Assembly (NCBI GenBank): GCA_963736115.1
Contig: CAVTNR010000003.1
Location: forward strand, 1-64,000
Direction: 5' to 3'
Length of the DNA stretch: 64,000 bases
DNA from: an uncultured bacterium
GTDB lineage: Bacteria; Zhuqueibacterota; QNDG01; DTFT01
The position numbers and the translations under genes are program-made. Positions within the stretch are counted from its first letter, which is position 1. Each line of letters opens with the position of its first letter. Below are positions 51,774 to 61,557 of the stretch, one piece after another. The notes under the pieces were generated by a model. It was given only the letters and a program-made list of their open reading frames with translations, did not search any database and had not been told where the DNA came from.

Positions 51774-51787
51774 CCCGTCCGGACCGG

Positions 51788-51953
51788 TTTGAAGCTCCCC
51801 GCGGCCCGTCCCGCTGCGCGGGACCAAGCTATTCAATTTTTAAATTGTGGAAGGCAAGCCGCGGGAATCTTCTATCTGTAGAGAAGAGATCATTTTATAT
51901 TCGATCGCTTACCCCGCCGCTAGCGGCGGGGTAAGCGATCAGACAGATTCAGC
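51788..51953 (+). repeat. Hairpin element X, copy 2, with a Y1 insert in its first hairpin and a perfect 38-bp palindrome
   Basis: Aligns with 12121-12280. 51903-51940 gatcgcttaccccgccgctagcggcggggtaagcgatc is a perfect palindrome. Confidence 0.85.
51810..51855 (+). mobile_element. Y1 mini-element
   Basis: cccgctgcgcgggaccaag-(AT-rich)-tggaaggc, placed immediately before the aagc loop of the host hairpin. Confidence 0.6.
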
Positions 51954-51967
51954 ACAGAAGGAAAAAC

Positions 51968-54397
51968 ATGCAGAAAAATCGCGACCGCATCGTCCCCGTC
52001 TACATCGAGGAGGAGATGCGCAATTCGTACATCGATTATTCCATGTCCGTCATCGTGGCGCGGGCTCTGCCCGACGTCCGGGACGGCCTGAAGCCCGTCC
52101 ACAGGCGCATCCTCTACGGCATGACGGAGCTGGGCCTCCATCCCAACCGGCCCTACCGGAAATCGGCCCGTATCGTCGGAGACGTACTCGGCAAGTACCA
52201 TCCGCACGGCGACACGGCCGTGTACGACGCCATGGTTCGGATGGTGCAGGAGTTTTCGATGCGCTATCCCCTTGTGGACGGACAGGGGAATTTCGGCTCC
52301 GTCGACGGCGACTCCGCGGCGGCCATGCGGTACACCGAAGCCCGCCTCACAGCGATCGCCGAGGAGATCCTGGCGGACATCGACAAACAGACCGTCGATT
52401 TCGTACCCAATTTCGATGAATCCCTGCAGGAACCCTCGGTGATGCCCTGCGCCTACCCCAATCTGCTAGTGAACGGCGCGTCGGGAATCGCGGTGGGCAT
52501 GGCGACCAACATTCCGCCGCACAATCTGTCGGAAGTGGTGGACGCGCTCGCGGCCCTCATCCGGAGGCCCGAGACGACGATCGAGGCGCTGTCGCGCATC
52601 ATCAAGGGCCCGGATTTCCCGACCGGCGGCATCATCACGGGCACCGAGGGAATCATCGAGGCCTACAAGACCGGCCGGGGCCGTCTGCTCGTGCGCGCGC
52701 GCGCGGCCGTGGAAAAGGGCAAAAACGGCCGGGAAGCCGTCATCGTCAACGAGATCCCCTATCAGGTCAACAAGTCGAACCTGATCGCGTCCATCGCGGA
52801 CCTGGTCAAGGACAAGAAAATCGAAGGCATCTCCGACATCCGGGACGAATCCGACCGCGACGGCATGCGCATCGTTCTCGAGTTGAAGCGGGACGCGCAG
52901 GTGCAGGTGGTTCTGAACCAGCTCTACGTCCACACCCAGATGCAGACCACGTTCGGCGTGATTATGCTGGCCCTGGTGGACGGCCGTCCCCGAATCCTCA
53001 ATCTCAAGGAGATGCTCGAAAAATTCATCGCGCACCGCCATGAGATCGTGATCCGGCGGACGAAATTCGAGCTGGACAAGGCCGAAAAGAGGGCCCATAT
53101 CCTCGAGGGCCTGAAGAAGGCGCTCGACCACATCGACGAGATCATCCAGCTCATCAAGAAATCGAAGACGCCGGACGAAGCGCGCGAAGCCATGATGAAG
53201 CGGTTCCGCTTCTCGGAACTGCAGGCCAACGCGATTCTCGACATGCGGCTCCAGCGGCTCACCGGTCTCGAGCGCAAGAAAATCGAGGAGGAGTACGCCG
53301 CGGTGCTCAAGGAGATCGAGCGCCTGAAGAGCATTCTCACGAATAAGACGAAGCAGATGGAGGTGATCCGGGAGGAGCTGCTCGCGATCAAGGAGAAGTT
53401 CGGCGACGAACGGCGCACCGAGATCGTCGGCAAGGTGGACGATTTTTCAATCGAGGACATCATTGCCGAAGAGGACATGGTGATCACCATCTCCCATTCG
53501 GGATACATCAAGCGGTTCCCGGTCTCCGGGTACAAGCGGCAGGGCCGGGGCGGGAAGGGGGTCATCGGGGCCGACACAGGGGACGAGGACTCCGTTGAGC
53601 ACCTCTTCATCGCGTCCACCCACCACTACATTCTCTTCTTCACCGATCAGGGCCGCTGTCTCTGGATCAAGGTGCATGAGATCCCCCAGGTGGGCAAGGG
53701 ATCGCGGGGAAGGGCGATCATCAACCTGCTCGGCGTGCAGTCCGGCGAGAAAATCTCGGCCGTGGTGCCGGTTAAGGATTTCGATGAAAAGAAAAACCTG
53801 TTCATGGCCACCCGTCGCGGGCAGGTCAAGAAGACCAGCCTGGCCGCGTTCAGCCGTCCCATGCGCAAGGGCATACAGGCCATCGGACTCGGAAAGGACG
53901 ATCGTCTCATTTCGGTCAAACTCACCGAGGGCGGCCAGGACATCGTGCTGGGCACCCGCGACGGGCAGGCGATCCGGTTCCATGAATCCGAGGTGCGTGA
54001 GATGGGCCGCGCCGCGGCCGGCGTCCGCGGAATCAACCTCGGAAGCAAGGATGAAGTGATCGGCATGGTCGTGATCCGGCGCGAGGGGACTTTGCTGGTG
54101 GTCACGGAGAACGGATTCGGCAAGCGCTCCGACATTACGGACTACCGGGTTACGTCAAGGGGCGGCAAGGGCATCATCACCCTGAAGGTCAATGAAAAAG
54201 TCGGCCGCATGATCGCGCTCATGGACGTGCTGGACACGGACGACCTGCTCCTGATATCGGCAAAAGGCCAGATCCTGCGCCAGCAGATGCAGGACATCAG
54301 CGTCACCGGCCGAAACACTCAAGGCGTGCGCCTCATCCGGCTCAAGGGCGGGGATAAGGTGGCGGACGTCGCGCGTGTCGTCCGAGAGGAGGAATAA
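51968..54397 (+). CDS. gyrA: DNA gyrase subunit A
   Basis: [19 protein letters not shown], the catalytic AAMRYTE, the GyrA box QGRGGKG and a beta-pinwheel C-terminus. Confidence 0.98.
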   Translation: MQKNRDRIVPVYIEEEMRNSYIDYSMSVIVARALPDVRDGLKPVHRRILYGMTELGLHPNRPYRKSARIVGDVLGKYHPHGDTAVYDAMVRMVQEFSMRYPLVDGQGNFGSVDGDSAAAMRYTEARLTAIAEEILADIDKQTVDFVPNFDESLQEPSVMPCAYPNLLVNGASGIAVGMATNIPPHNLSEVVDALAALIRRPETTIEALSRIIKGPDFPTGGIITGTEGIIEAYKTGRGRLLVRARAAVEKGKNGREAVIVNEIPYQVNKSNLIASIADLVKDKKIEGISDIRDESDRDGMRIVLELKRDAQVQVVLNQLYVHTQMQTTFGVIMLALVDGRPRILNLKEMLEKFIAHRHEIVIRRTKFELDKAEKRAHILEGLKKALDHIDEIIQLIKKSKTPDEAREAMMKRFRFSELQANAILDMRLQRLTGLERKKIEEEYAAVLKEIERLKSILTNKTKQMEVIREELLAIKEKFGDERRTEIVGKVDDFSIEDIIAEEDMVITISHSGYIKRFPVSGYKRQGRGGKGVIGADTGDEDSVEHLFIASTHHYILFFTDQGRCLWIKVHEIPQVGKGSRGRAIINLLGVQSGEKISAVVPVKDFDEKKNLFMATRRGQVKKTSLAAFSRPMRKGIQAIGLGKDDRLISVKLTEGGQDIVLGTRDGQAIRFHESEVREMGRAAAGVRGINLGSKDEVIGMVVIRREGTLLVVTENGFGKRSDITDYRVTSRGGKGIITLKVNEKVGRMIALMDVLDTDDLLLISAKGQILRQQMQDISVTGRNTQGVRLIRLKGGDKVADVARVVREEE

Positions 54398-54402
54398 ACC
54401 GC

Positions 54403-54843
54403 TTGCCAGGAGGCTACAAGCCGGTCGAGCATACGGCGGATGTCGGAATCAAGGCCTGGGGCCAGAATCAGAAGGAGCTTCTTGAAGAAGCGGCTCTGGG
54501 CATGATTTCCCAGACCTATAATCCCGATACCGTGGAGGAAAAGGAAGTCAGGGAATTGGAGCTGGAAGCGGAAACCATGGACGAGCTTCTGCTTCAATGG
54601 CTCAGGGAAATCCTTTATTATATGGAAAATGAGGCATTATTATTCAAACGATTTCAAATTGAAAAGGACAATTTTTCATTAAAAAACGAAAAAACTCTCC
54701 AGATAACAGCTTCCATGCATGGGGAGAAACGAGACCCCACAAGGCACGATATTTGCAAAGAAATCAAAGCGGTAACTCGACACGGGCTGTACGCGAAGAA
54801 AAACGGCCCTTGGTGGGAAGCGAACGTCCTTTTCGATGTATAG
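54403..54843 (+). CDS. Archease family protein
   Basis: N-terminal EHTADVGIKAWG, LLLQWLREILY, EIKAVTRH and a C-terminal FDV. Confidence 0.88.
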   Translation: MPGGYKPVEHTADVGIKAWGQNQKELLEEAALGMISQTYNPDTVEEKEVRELELEAETMDELLLQWLREILYYMENEALLFKRFQIEKDNFSLKNEKTLQITASMHGEKRDPTRHDICKEIKAVTRHGLYAKKNGPWWEANVLFDV

Positions 54844-54856
54844 AAAGGTGCCGGTT

Positions 54857-56275
54857 ATGTGGGAAAATGAAACCGTCGTCCTGGTAGTGAGCCTGAAGAA
54901 AAGAATCATGGGCGGATCAGACAAAGTCCGGTTCGGCCGCATTCAAGCGGACAATGCCATCCCTCCCTTTATAAAAGTGATTTTCAGAAACCGGGTGGAG
55001 GAATACCTGATTTCTGAATCCCCCCTGAGCTTCAAATCCACTCCGCATTTTGACCTGAAACCTGAGGATATCGAGGGCCTGAGGGGGCAAATACTCGATG
55101 TTTTCCGCGAAACCGCCATATTCCATCAGGAAGAAGTGGAAGAAATCCTCCGCCAGGCGCTGGTTATGCGTCTCGATTACCTGGTCAAGCCGGTGCGGAC
55201 CATGGAAAATCTCCTGTTCGGGAAAAAGGACAGAATCGACATATTCGACCTCGAAAAGCGGCTTGACCCCTTCTCCAAAGTGCTCCCCTATTCGGAAAAT
55301 GTCATCAAGGAATGCCGGAGACTGGGCTACACGGAACTGGAAAAAGATGAATTCCCCCGCCTGGCCGCGGACGTCGTTCAGAAAATGGCGGGCCAGGATC
55401 CGGTGAAGCTGGTCCTGCATGATTTTTCCGTTCTGACTGATTTTGTGTCCGAAACCAAAGGCGAGGAAATCGGCCGCATCGGCGGCGACGTTCTCGGGGA
55501 ATTTCTCGAGGACCGGTCCATGGCGTCCTTCCGCAAGGCCGTTGAAGTCGAAGTCAAGCTGGGCAAGGAGGACTTTGACGCGGCCGATCTTGAAATGACC
55601 ATCAAGCGCTATCTGGAACTGAGAGAGGCTTTCGGCTCCGCTCCCGGAGCCGCGGCGCCCGCGGTGGAACGAATTGAACGGTCTGAACCGTCCGAACCGG
55701 TCCGGCCCGTTGCCAGAAAACCGGCGCCGGCCCCTGCCCCCGCGCCTGAACCGGTTGTGATCGAGGAGCCGGAAAAGCTCGAGGACTCCTGGGATCTCGA
55801 TTCGGTGCTCGGAGAGGAAACGCCCCTGCTGGCCGTGGAGCCCGAGAAAGCGCTGTCCGCGCCCGCTGAAAAACCGAAAGCCGTGAAGAAACCGATGCGG
55901 ATCATCCGGCGGGAACAAGCGGAAGAGGAGGAAGAGCCGGAGACCGAGGATGCGGATTCGCTCGAGTCCATCGACGCGGAATTGATCTCGGAGCGCCGCG
56001 AGAACGGCCCCAGGCGGCCGTCGTTCCGGTCCCTGATCGACGAGAAAACCGAGAAAGTCTTCGTGAAAAAGCTGTTCAACGGCGACGGCGACGCGTATGG
56101 AAAGCTCATGCAGAAACTCGAGGACGCAGAAAGCTGGCGCGTGGCCAAGATCCTCATCGACAACGAACTGTTCAAGCGCGACGTAGATCCCTTCTCGCGT
56201 GAAGCCATCAAGCTGGTCGACCTGATCTACAGCCGTTATTATCCCGAAGAAAACGTGGGGGGAGCGAAGCGATGA
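54857..56275 (+). CDS. Conserved hypothetical protein: helical N domain, acidic Pro-rich linker, small C-terminal helical domain
   Basis: Long ORF with host-like codon usage; C-terminal VFVKKLFNGD..Y..LEDAESW..IDNELF..VDPFSREA. The start is uncertain (54836/54857/54908). Confidence 0.75.
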   Translation: MWENETVVLVVSLKKRIMGGSDKVRFGRIQADNAIPPFIKVIFRNRVEEYLISESPLSFKSTPHFDLKPEDIEGLRGQILDVFRETAIFHQEEVEEILRQALVMRLDYLVKPVRTMENLLFGKKDRIDIFDLEKRLDPFSKVLPYSENVIKECRRLGYTELEKDEFPRLAADVVQKMAGQDPVKLVLHDFSVLTDFVSETKGEEIGRIGGDVLGEFLEDRSMASFRKAVEVEVKLGKEDFDAADLEMTIKRYLELREAFGSAPGAAAPAVERIERSEPSEPVRPVARKPAPAPAPAPEPVVIEEPEKLEDSWDLDSVLGEETPLLAVEPEKALSAPAEKPKAVKKPMRIIRREQAEEEEEPETEDADSLESIDAELISERRENGPRRPSFRSLIDEKTEKVFVKKLFNGDGDAYGKLMQKLEDAESWRVAKILIDNELFKRDVDPFSREAIKLVDLIYSRYYPEENVGGAKR

Positions 56276-57057
56276 GACGGTTCAGGTGGATATTCTGGCT
56301 GGTTCTGCCCGCGATGGTGATGCTGGCGGACGGCCGCTTCTCGCGGAGCGAGGAGCGCAAGGGAATCGTGGCTTTCGCCGAGGGCGAGGTCCGGAAACAG
56401 CCGCCGGCCTCGGAGATGTGGGAGAACGCGCCCGTCCAGTCCGCGGTGAATTCCGGGGAGAAGGTGCGCACCTATCAGCTGTCCCGAGCCGAACTCGAGC
56501 TCATCCAGCTGGACATCATCCGTCTCGCGCCCAAGACCACGATTCTGCTCGACCGTCTGTACGAGGAGACGAAGGAAAAGAAGCTGGCCACATCCATCAA
56601 GGTGGAAAAAGGCGAGATCTGGGCGTCCGTGCACGAGGTGAACGCGGAAACGGAATTCGACATCAGCGCGCCCGTGGCGGCCGCGGCCATCACCGGCACT
56701 GTACTCCGCATGACCGTGCGGGAAGATTCGACCACACAGCTCAAGGTTTACAAGGGCGAGGTCAAGATCACCAATGCGCCGGAAAAGCCCGATCTCGCGC
56801 CGAAGCCCTCCGGAAAGCCCGTGCAGATCGAAGGCCCGAAGCCCATCCAGGGGCCCCGCGAAGTCTCTTTGGACGAATGGGTATATATTGTCAAGGGCAT
56901 GCAGCAGATCACGATCGACCCGAAGGGCATCGTACTCTCCATGGGTCAGTTCTCCAGAAAGGACATGGACGAGCAGACCGACTGGGTGAAGTGGAATAAA
57001 CAGCGCGAGGACATCCGCCAGCGCAGACTTCAGAATATGATGCAGAAACGAAGATAG
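56272..57057 (+). CDS. Exported FecR-domain protein
   Basis: Signal peptide, GEKVRT..SRAEL, IRLAPKT, APVAAAAITGT and LKVYKGEV. Confidence 0.85.
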   Translation: MRRFRWIFWLVLPAMVMLADGRFSRSEERKGIVAFAEGEVRKQPPASEMWENAPVQSAVNSGEKVRTYQLSRAELELIQLDIIRLAPKTTILLDRLYEETKEKKLATSIKVEKGEIWASVHEVNAETEFDISAPVAAAAITGTVLRMTVREDSTTQLKVYKGEVKITNAPEKPDLAPKPSGKPVQIEGPKPIQGPREVSLDEWVYIVKGMQQITIDPKGIVLSMGQFSRKDMDEQTDWVKWNKQREDIRQRRLQNMMQKRR

Positions 57058-57078
57058 ACATCCGTTCACAAGGAACCC

Positions 57079-57112
57079 AAATCCCGCGGGCCCAAAACCC
57101 GCGGGATTTTTT
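57079..57112 (+). terminator. Intrinsic terminator
   Basis: aaatcccgcggg-cccaaaa-cccgcgggattt followed by Ts. Confidence 0.85.
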
Positions 57113-57197
57113 GTCTGCCCCTGTCCGGGATGAAGAAACAGTTTGATTTTTTGGAAAAAAGTATGAATTTTAGGTATCGAAACCCCGTCCGGATCGG

Positions 57198-60100
57198 GTG
57201 AGCATGAAAAACGGCCTCCAGTACATTCTTTTTTTTGCATTATTCGCTTCCCCGGTGAAAACCTGCTTCGGCCTGGAAACTGCTTCCGGACCGGCGAATG
57301 TACAGGAAGCTTCCGAACTTTTACATTTCCGCCGTCTCTCCAAAAACCTCTCCTACAACACAGCCGAATGCATTTTTCAGGACCAGCGCGGATTTCTCTG
57401 GATCGGGACGCCGAGGGGCCTGAACCGGTACGATGGAATCAATATCCGCATTTACGTCCATGATCCGGACGACAGCACCAGCCTGTCGAACGACCATATC
57501 CGTAAAATTACGGAGGATCAAAAAGGCGATCTTTGGATCGCAACTGAAAACGGCCTGAACCGGTACGACCGGTCCAGGGACCGCTTCGTCCGGTATCACG
57601 CATCCGCACGGGCCAACAGCCTGGCCGGCAGTACGGTCAGCGACGTCCGGGCGGACCGGCAGGGCCGGGTCTGGGTCGCCGCGGATAACCTGTGCCTGTA
57701 CCGGCCGGAGACGGATGATTTTCTCCGTTTTCTCCCGGACGTTCCTCCGACCCCGGGAGATCCGGCGAATTACCATAATTTCATTTACGATGACAGCGAA
57801 GGACGGATCTGGTACGGAAGGTGGCGGGAATTGTACCGTCTCGATTCACCGACCGGCCGGCTGGAGCGGGTTTTCAACGGAAACGCGGAACCGCTCGGCA
57901 ATGAGTTCTGGAACTTCCAGGAAATGATGCAGGACGCTTCCGGCACATTCTGGGTGGCCACCAATCAGGCCGGGCTCCGGTATTTCAAGAACGGCACCGG
58001 ACCGATCCGGATGCGGCGTTTTCCGGATTCCATAGGCGAGAATGACTTTCTGAGCCGGTACCGGATTCTGGCGATCTGCGGGGACCGGCAGGGACGGCTG
58101 TGGGTAAGCATGGAGGACAACGGGCTCGCGGTTTATGATCGGGAAAGACGGCTCAGCCACAGGTTTAAAAGCAGGCGCGACGAGGAATTCTCGATCAGCG
58201 GCAATTCCGTGTGGTCCATATTCGAAGACCGCCAGGCCAGGCTGTGGTTCGGAACATGGATGGCGGGCGTCAATTGCATCGACCCGAACGAACTCAAGTT
58301 TAGCCGCATCCACGGCTTTCCGGGAAGCGGATTCAGCGGCGGTATTGTGACCGCGTTTCTGGAGGACCCCTCCGGTAATTTCTGGATCGGCACGGACGGC
58401 GGCGGGCTGAACCATTACAACCGGCTGAAACGGACGTTCCGCTCATACCGGCACGATCCCCGGGATTCGCGAAGCCTCGGCAGTAACGCCGTGCTTTCGC
58501 TTGCGACGGACGATTTGGGCCGGCTGTGGGCCGGGACCTGGAACGGCGGAATCAGCATTCTGAACGCGGACGGGAACGGATTCCAGCGCCTGAATTCGGG
58601 GAACAGCGCATTACAGAGCAATCACGTATTTGCGCTCGTCAATGACGGCAAAGGCCGCATGGCGGTCGGGACATACGGGGGGGGGCTCACTCTGGTCGAT
58701 TCGCGGACCGGAGTGATGACGACCTATCAGACGAACCCCGCGGACCCGGCCAGCCTGCAGAGCAACATCGTATTCTCCCTGTACCGGGACCGCAGGAGCA
58801 TTTTGTGGGTGGGCACCTTGTCCGACGGTCTGGCCCGGTTCCGGGAAGACAAGCCGGGAAAGGGAAGCTTCGTCCGGTACACGCAGGATCCCACGGACAC
58901 GGCGGGCCTGTGCGACAACCGGATTCATTCGATGTTCGAGGACGGGCAGGGCCGGTTCTGGGTCGGGACTTCGAACGGACTGGGCCTGTTGGACCGGGAC
59001 ACCGGGCGTTTCCGGACGGTTCGCACGAGACACGGGCTTGCGAATGATTTCATTCTCGCCGTGCAGGGCGACGGAAAGGGGAACTTGTGGATCAGCTCTC
59101 TGGCCGGAGTCACGCGGTTCAATACGGACTCGGCCGTGTTCCGGACATTCGAAAGCCTCGCCGAAGCGCCCGGGGGCCAGTTCAACCTGAAGGCGGTTTT
59201 CCGGACCCGGAGAGGGGAACTGCTGTTCGGCGGCGCGGACGGCTTCGTTCTGTTTCATCCGGACAGCATACGGCCCAATCCGTATCCCCCGCAGATCGCG
59301 TTCACGGACCTCCGGATTTTCAACAGATCCGTTCCAGTCGGGAAAGAGGGGCCGCTCCGTTCCCAGATCGGAGAAACGCGGGATCTGACGCTTTCTCACC
59401 GCGCTTCCGTTTTTTCCGTTGAGTTCACGGCCCTGAATTTCACCCATCCGGAACGGAACCGGTACGCCTTTCGCATGGAGGGGTTCGAGAAGGAGTGGAA
59501 CGAGGTCGGCACTCAGAACCATGCGACCTACACCAACCTGAATCCGGGCCGCTACGTGTTTCGCGTAAAAGCCGCGAATAACGACGGGGTGTGGAACGAG
59601 GAGGGCATCTCTCTCCGGATCCGGATCAAACCCCCGTTCTGGAAAACCTGGATTGCCTTTTTGATGTACGGCCTGCTTGCCGGCGGCGTCATTATGGCCT
59701 TCATCCGTTTTAGACTGAAACGGCAGAGAATGAAGCATGAACTGGAGATGGAGCACCTTCAGTTCGAAAAACTGGTGGAAGCGGATCGGATGAAATCACG
59801 GTTTTTCAGCAGTGTGTCCCACGAACTGCGCACGCCGATCATGCTGATTCTCGGCCCGCTGGACCACCTCATCCGGACAAGCCGAATGGACACCGCCTTC
59901 AAGGGAACGCTGGAAATGGCGGCACGCAATGCCAGGCGGCTTTCGCGTCTGTTGAACCAGTTCATTGAATTCTACAAAACGGAACCCTCCGAACTCCGGC
60001 TGAAAACCGAACAGCTCGACATGGTCCGGTTCCTGCAGGACGCGTATCTTTCCTTCCGGGAATACGCAAGCCTGCACCAAATCGACTTTCAGTTTCACAG

Positions 60101-61409
60101 CACGATTTCATACGGATTGACCTGGTTCGATCCGGACGCGCTGGATAAAATCGTCTACAATCTCCTGTCCAATGCGTTCAAGTTCACCCCGGACGGCGGT
60201 TGCGTCACGCTGACCCTTGAGGTTCCGGGCGAGGATGAGGAAACGGAGAAGACCGTCCGAATCCGCGTCGCGGACACGGGCGTCGGAATTCCGGCGGACC
60301 GCCTGGAGCGTCTTTTCGACCGCTCAAGCCGGCCGGAATCAGCGTCTCCGTCCGGAGAGCGGGGACTGGGCATTGGACTTCACCTGGCGCATGAGCTGGT
60401 CGAAATGCACCAGGGCCGGATCACCGTGCAGAGCGAGGAGGGCAAGGGAACGATTTTCACCGTGCAGATCCCGGTGGACGTGATGGTGTCGGAGCGTCCG
60501 GCGGACCGTGAACCGGCGCAGGCTCCGGATTTCGGAACGGACGATCCGCAGGAATCCGACCCGGCCGTCGGAACCGGCGGGGAGTCAGACGGCCGGCCGG
60601 CCGAGGCGGTCAAATCGCCCCACCTGATACTGGTCGTGGACGACGATCCGGACATGCACCGGCACATCCAGAACTTGTTCGGCCCTTCCGTACGCATGCT
60701 GTCCGCAATGGACGGAAAAACGGGCCTCGAGAAGGCCATATCCGCGGTGCCGGATCTCGTGATCAGCGATCTCGAAATGCCCGGACTGAACGGATACGAC
60801 TTGTGCCGCAGAATCAAGACCGAGGAGAAAACCAGCCATATCCCCGTGCTTCTGCTGACCGTGCACAGCGAGCGCCAGCATAAAATCAAGGGCATACTGA
60901 TCGGCGCGGACGATTACCTGCCCAAGCCTTTCGACGCCAAGGAACTTGAGGCGCGGGTTATCAATCTGCTGGAGTCGAGAAAAAAACTGAGGACGCATTT
61001 CAGAAACCAGATCCTGACGGAACCCAAGGATACTCCGGTGATGAGCCTGGATGAGCGGTTTCTCGAACGCGCCCGCCAGATCGTGGAGAACCGTCTGTCG
61101 GACTGGAAATTGGACGCGGACGGTCTCAGCCGGGAGGCCGGGGTCAGCAGGACCCAGCTGTACAGGAAACTCAGGAGCCTCACGGGACAGACGGTGCACG
61201 AATTCATACGCACCATACGCCTCAAGGCCGCGGCTCAGCTTCTTGACAGCAGAAAGATGAAAATATCCGAAATTGCCTATCATGTTGGATTCAATGATCT
61301 GAATTATTTTTCCAGGTGTTTCCGCAAGCAATTCGGTCAGTCGCCCTCCGAGTATCTCGCTTCGAAGCTTAATATCGATCTGTCAAAAACAGGCAAAACA
61401 AGAAGTTAG
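57198..61409 (+). CDS. Hybrid two-component system sensor/regulator (beta-propeller, Y_Y_Y, TM, HisKA, HATPase, REC, AraC)
   Basis: Repeated D..G.LWIGT..GL blades, YTNLNPGRYVFRVKAANNDGVW, SHELRTP, NLLSNAFKFT, GLGIGL, VISDLEMP and YFSRCFRKQFGQSPSEY. Confidence 0.95.
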   Translation: MSMKNGLQYILFFALFASPVKTCFGLETASGPANVQEASELLHFRRLSKNLSYNTAECIFQDQRGFLWIGTPRGLNRYDGINIRIYVHDPDDSTSLSNDHIRKITEDQKGDLWIATENGLNRYDRSRDRFVRYHASARANSLAGSTVSDVRADRQGRVWVAADNLCLYRPETDDFLRFLPDVPPTPGDPANYHNFIYDDSEGRIWYGRWRELYRLDSPTGRLERVFNGNAEPLGNEFWNFQEMMQDASGTFWVATNQAGLRYFKNGTGPIRMRRFPDSIGENDFLSRYRILAICGDRQGRLWVSMEDNGLAVYDRERRLSHRFKSRRDEEFSISGNSVWSIFEDRQARLWFGTWMAGVNCIDPNELKFSRIHGFPGSGFSGGIVTAFLEDPSGNFWIGTDGGGLNHYNRLKRTFRSYRHDPRDSRSLGSNAVLSLATDDLGRLWAGTWNGGISILNADGNGFQRLNSGNSALQSNHVFALVNDGKGRMAVGTYGGGLTLVDSRTGVMTTYQTNPADPASLQSNIVFSLYRDRRSILWVGTLSDGLARFREDKPGKGSFVRYTQDPTDTAGLCDNRIHSMFEDGQGRFWVGTSNGLGLLDRDTGRFRTVRTRHGLANDFILAVQGDGKGNLWISSLAGVTRFNTDSAVFRTFESLAEAPGGQFNLKAVFRTRRGELLFGGADGFVLFHPDSIRPNPYPPQIAFTDLRIFNRSVPVGKEGPLRSQIGETRDLTLSHRASVFSVEFTALNFTHPERNRYAFRMEGFEKEWNEVGTQNHATYTNLNPGRYVFRVKAANNDGVWNEEGISLRIRIKPPFWKTWIAFLMYGLLAGGVIMAFIRFRLKRQRMKHELEMEHLQFEKLVEADRMKSRFFSSVSHELRTPIMLILGPLDHLIRTSRMDTAFKGTLEMAARNARRLSRLLNQFIEFYKTEPSELRLKTEQLDMVRFLQDAYLSFREYASLHQIDFQFHSTISYGLTWFDPDALDKIVYNLLSNAFKFTPDGGCVTLTLEVPGEDEETEKTVRIRVADTGVGIPADRLERLFDRSSRPESASPSGERGLGIGLHLAHELVEMHQGRITVQSEEGKGTIFTVQIPVDVMVSERPADREPAQAPDFGTDDPQESDPAVGTGGESDGRPAEAVKSPHLILVVDDDPDMHRHIQNLFGPSVRMLSAMDGKTGLEKAISAVPDLVISDLEMPGLNGYDLCRRIKTEEKTSHIPVLLLTVHSERQHKIKGILIGADDYLPKPFDAKELEARVINLLESRKKLRTHFRNQILTEPKDTPVMSLDERFLERARQIVENRLSDWKLDADGLSREAGVSRTQLYRKLRSLTGQTVHEFIRTIRLKAAAQLLDSRKMKISEIAYHVGFNDLNYFSRCFRKQFGQSPSEYLASKLNIDLSKTGKTRS

Positions 61410-61557
61410 CGTCATCCTCGCCCGGCTTTCAGCCCATCAGCCCCGATTTTGGGAATAGGGTGCTAATAATCCGCACCCGGTTATGAGCATTTTACCCTCC
61501 ATCATTCTATCTTACGGACATTCCGCAATCCCATTCCTTGATCAGGGAGAAAGGGTT

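Noticed and set aside
52195-52230. GyrA Thr at the Ser83-equivalent position as quinolone resistance
   Set aside because: Thr is a natural wild-type residue in several lineages.
61410-61557. HTCS direct-repeat binding site upstream of the TonB receptor
   Set aside because: Only weak similarity between candidate half-sites; it cannot be supported by eye.
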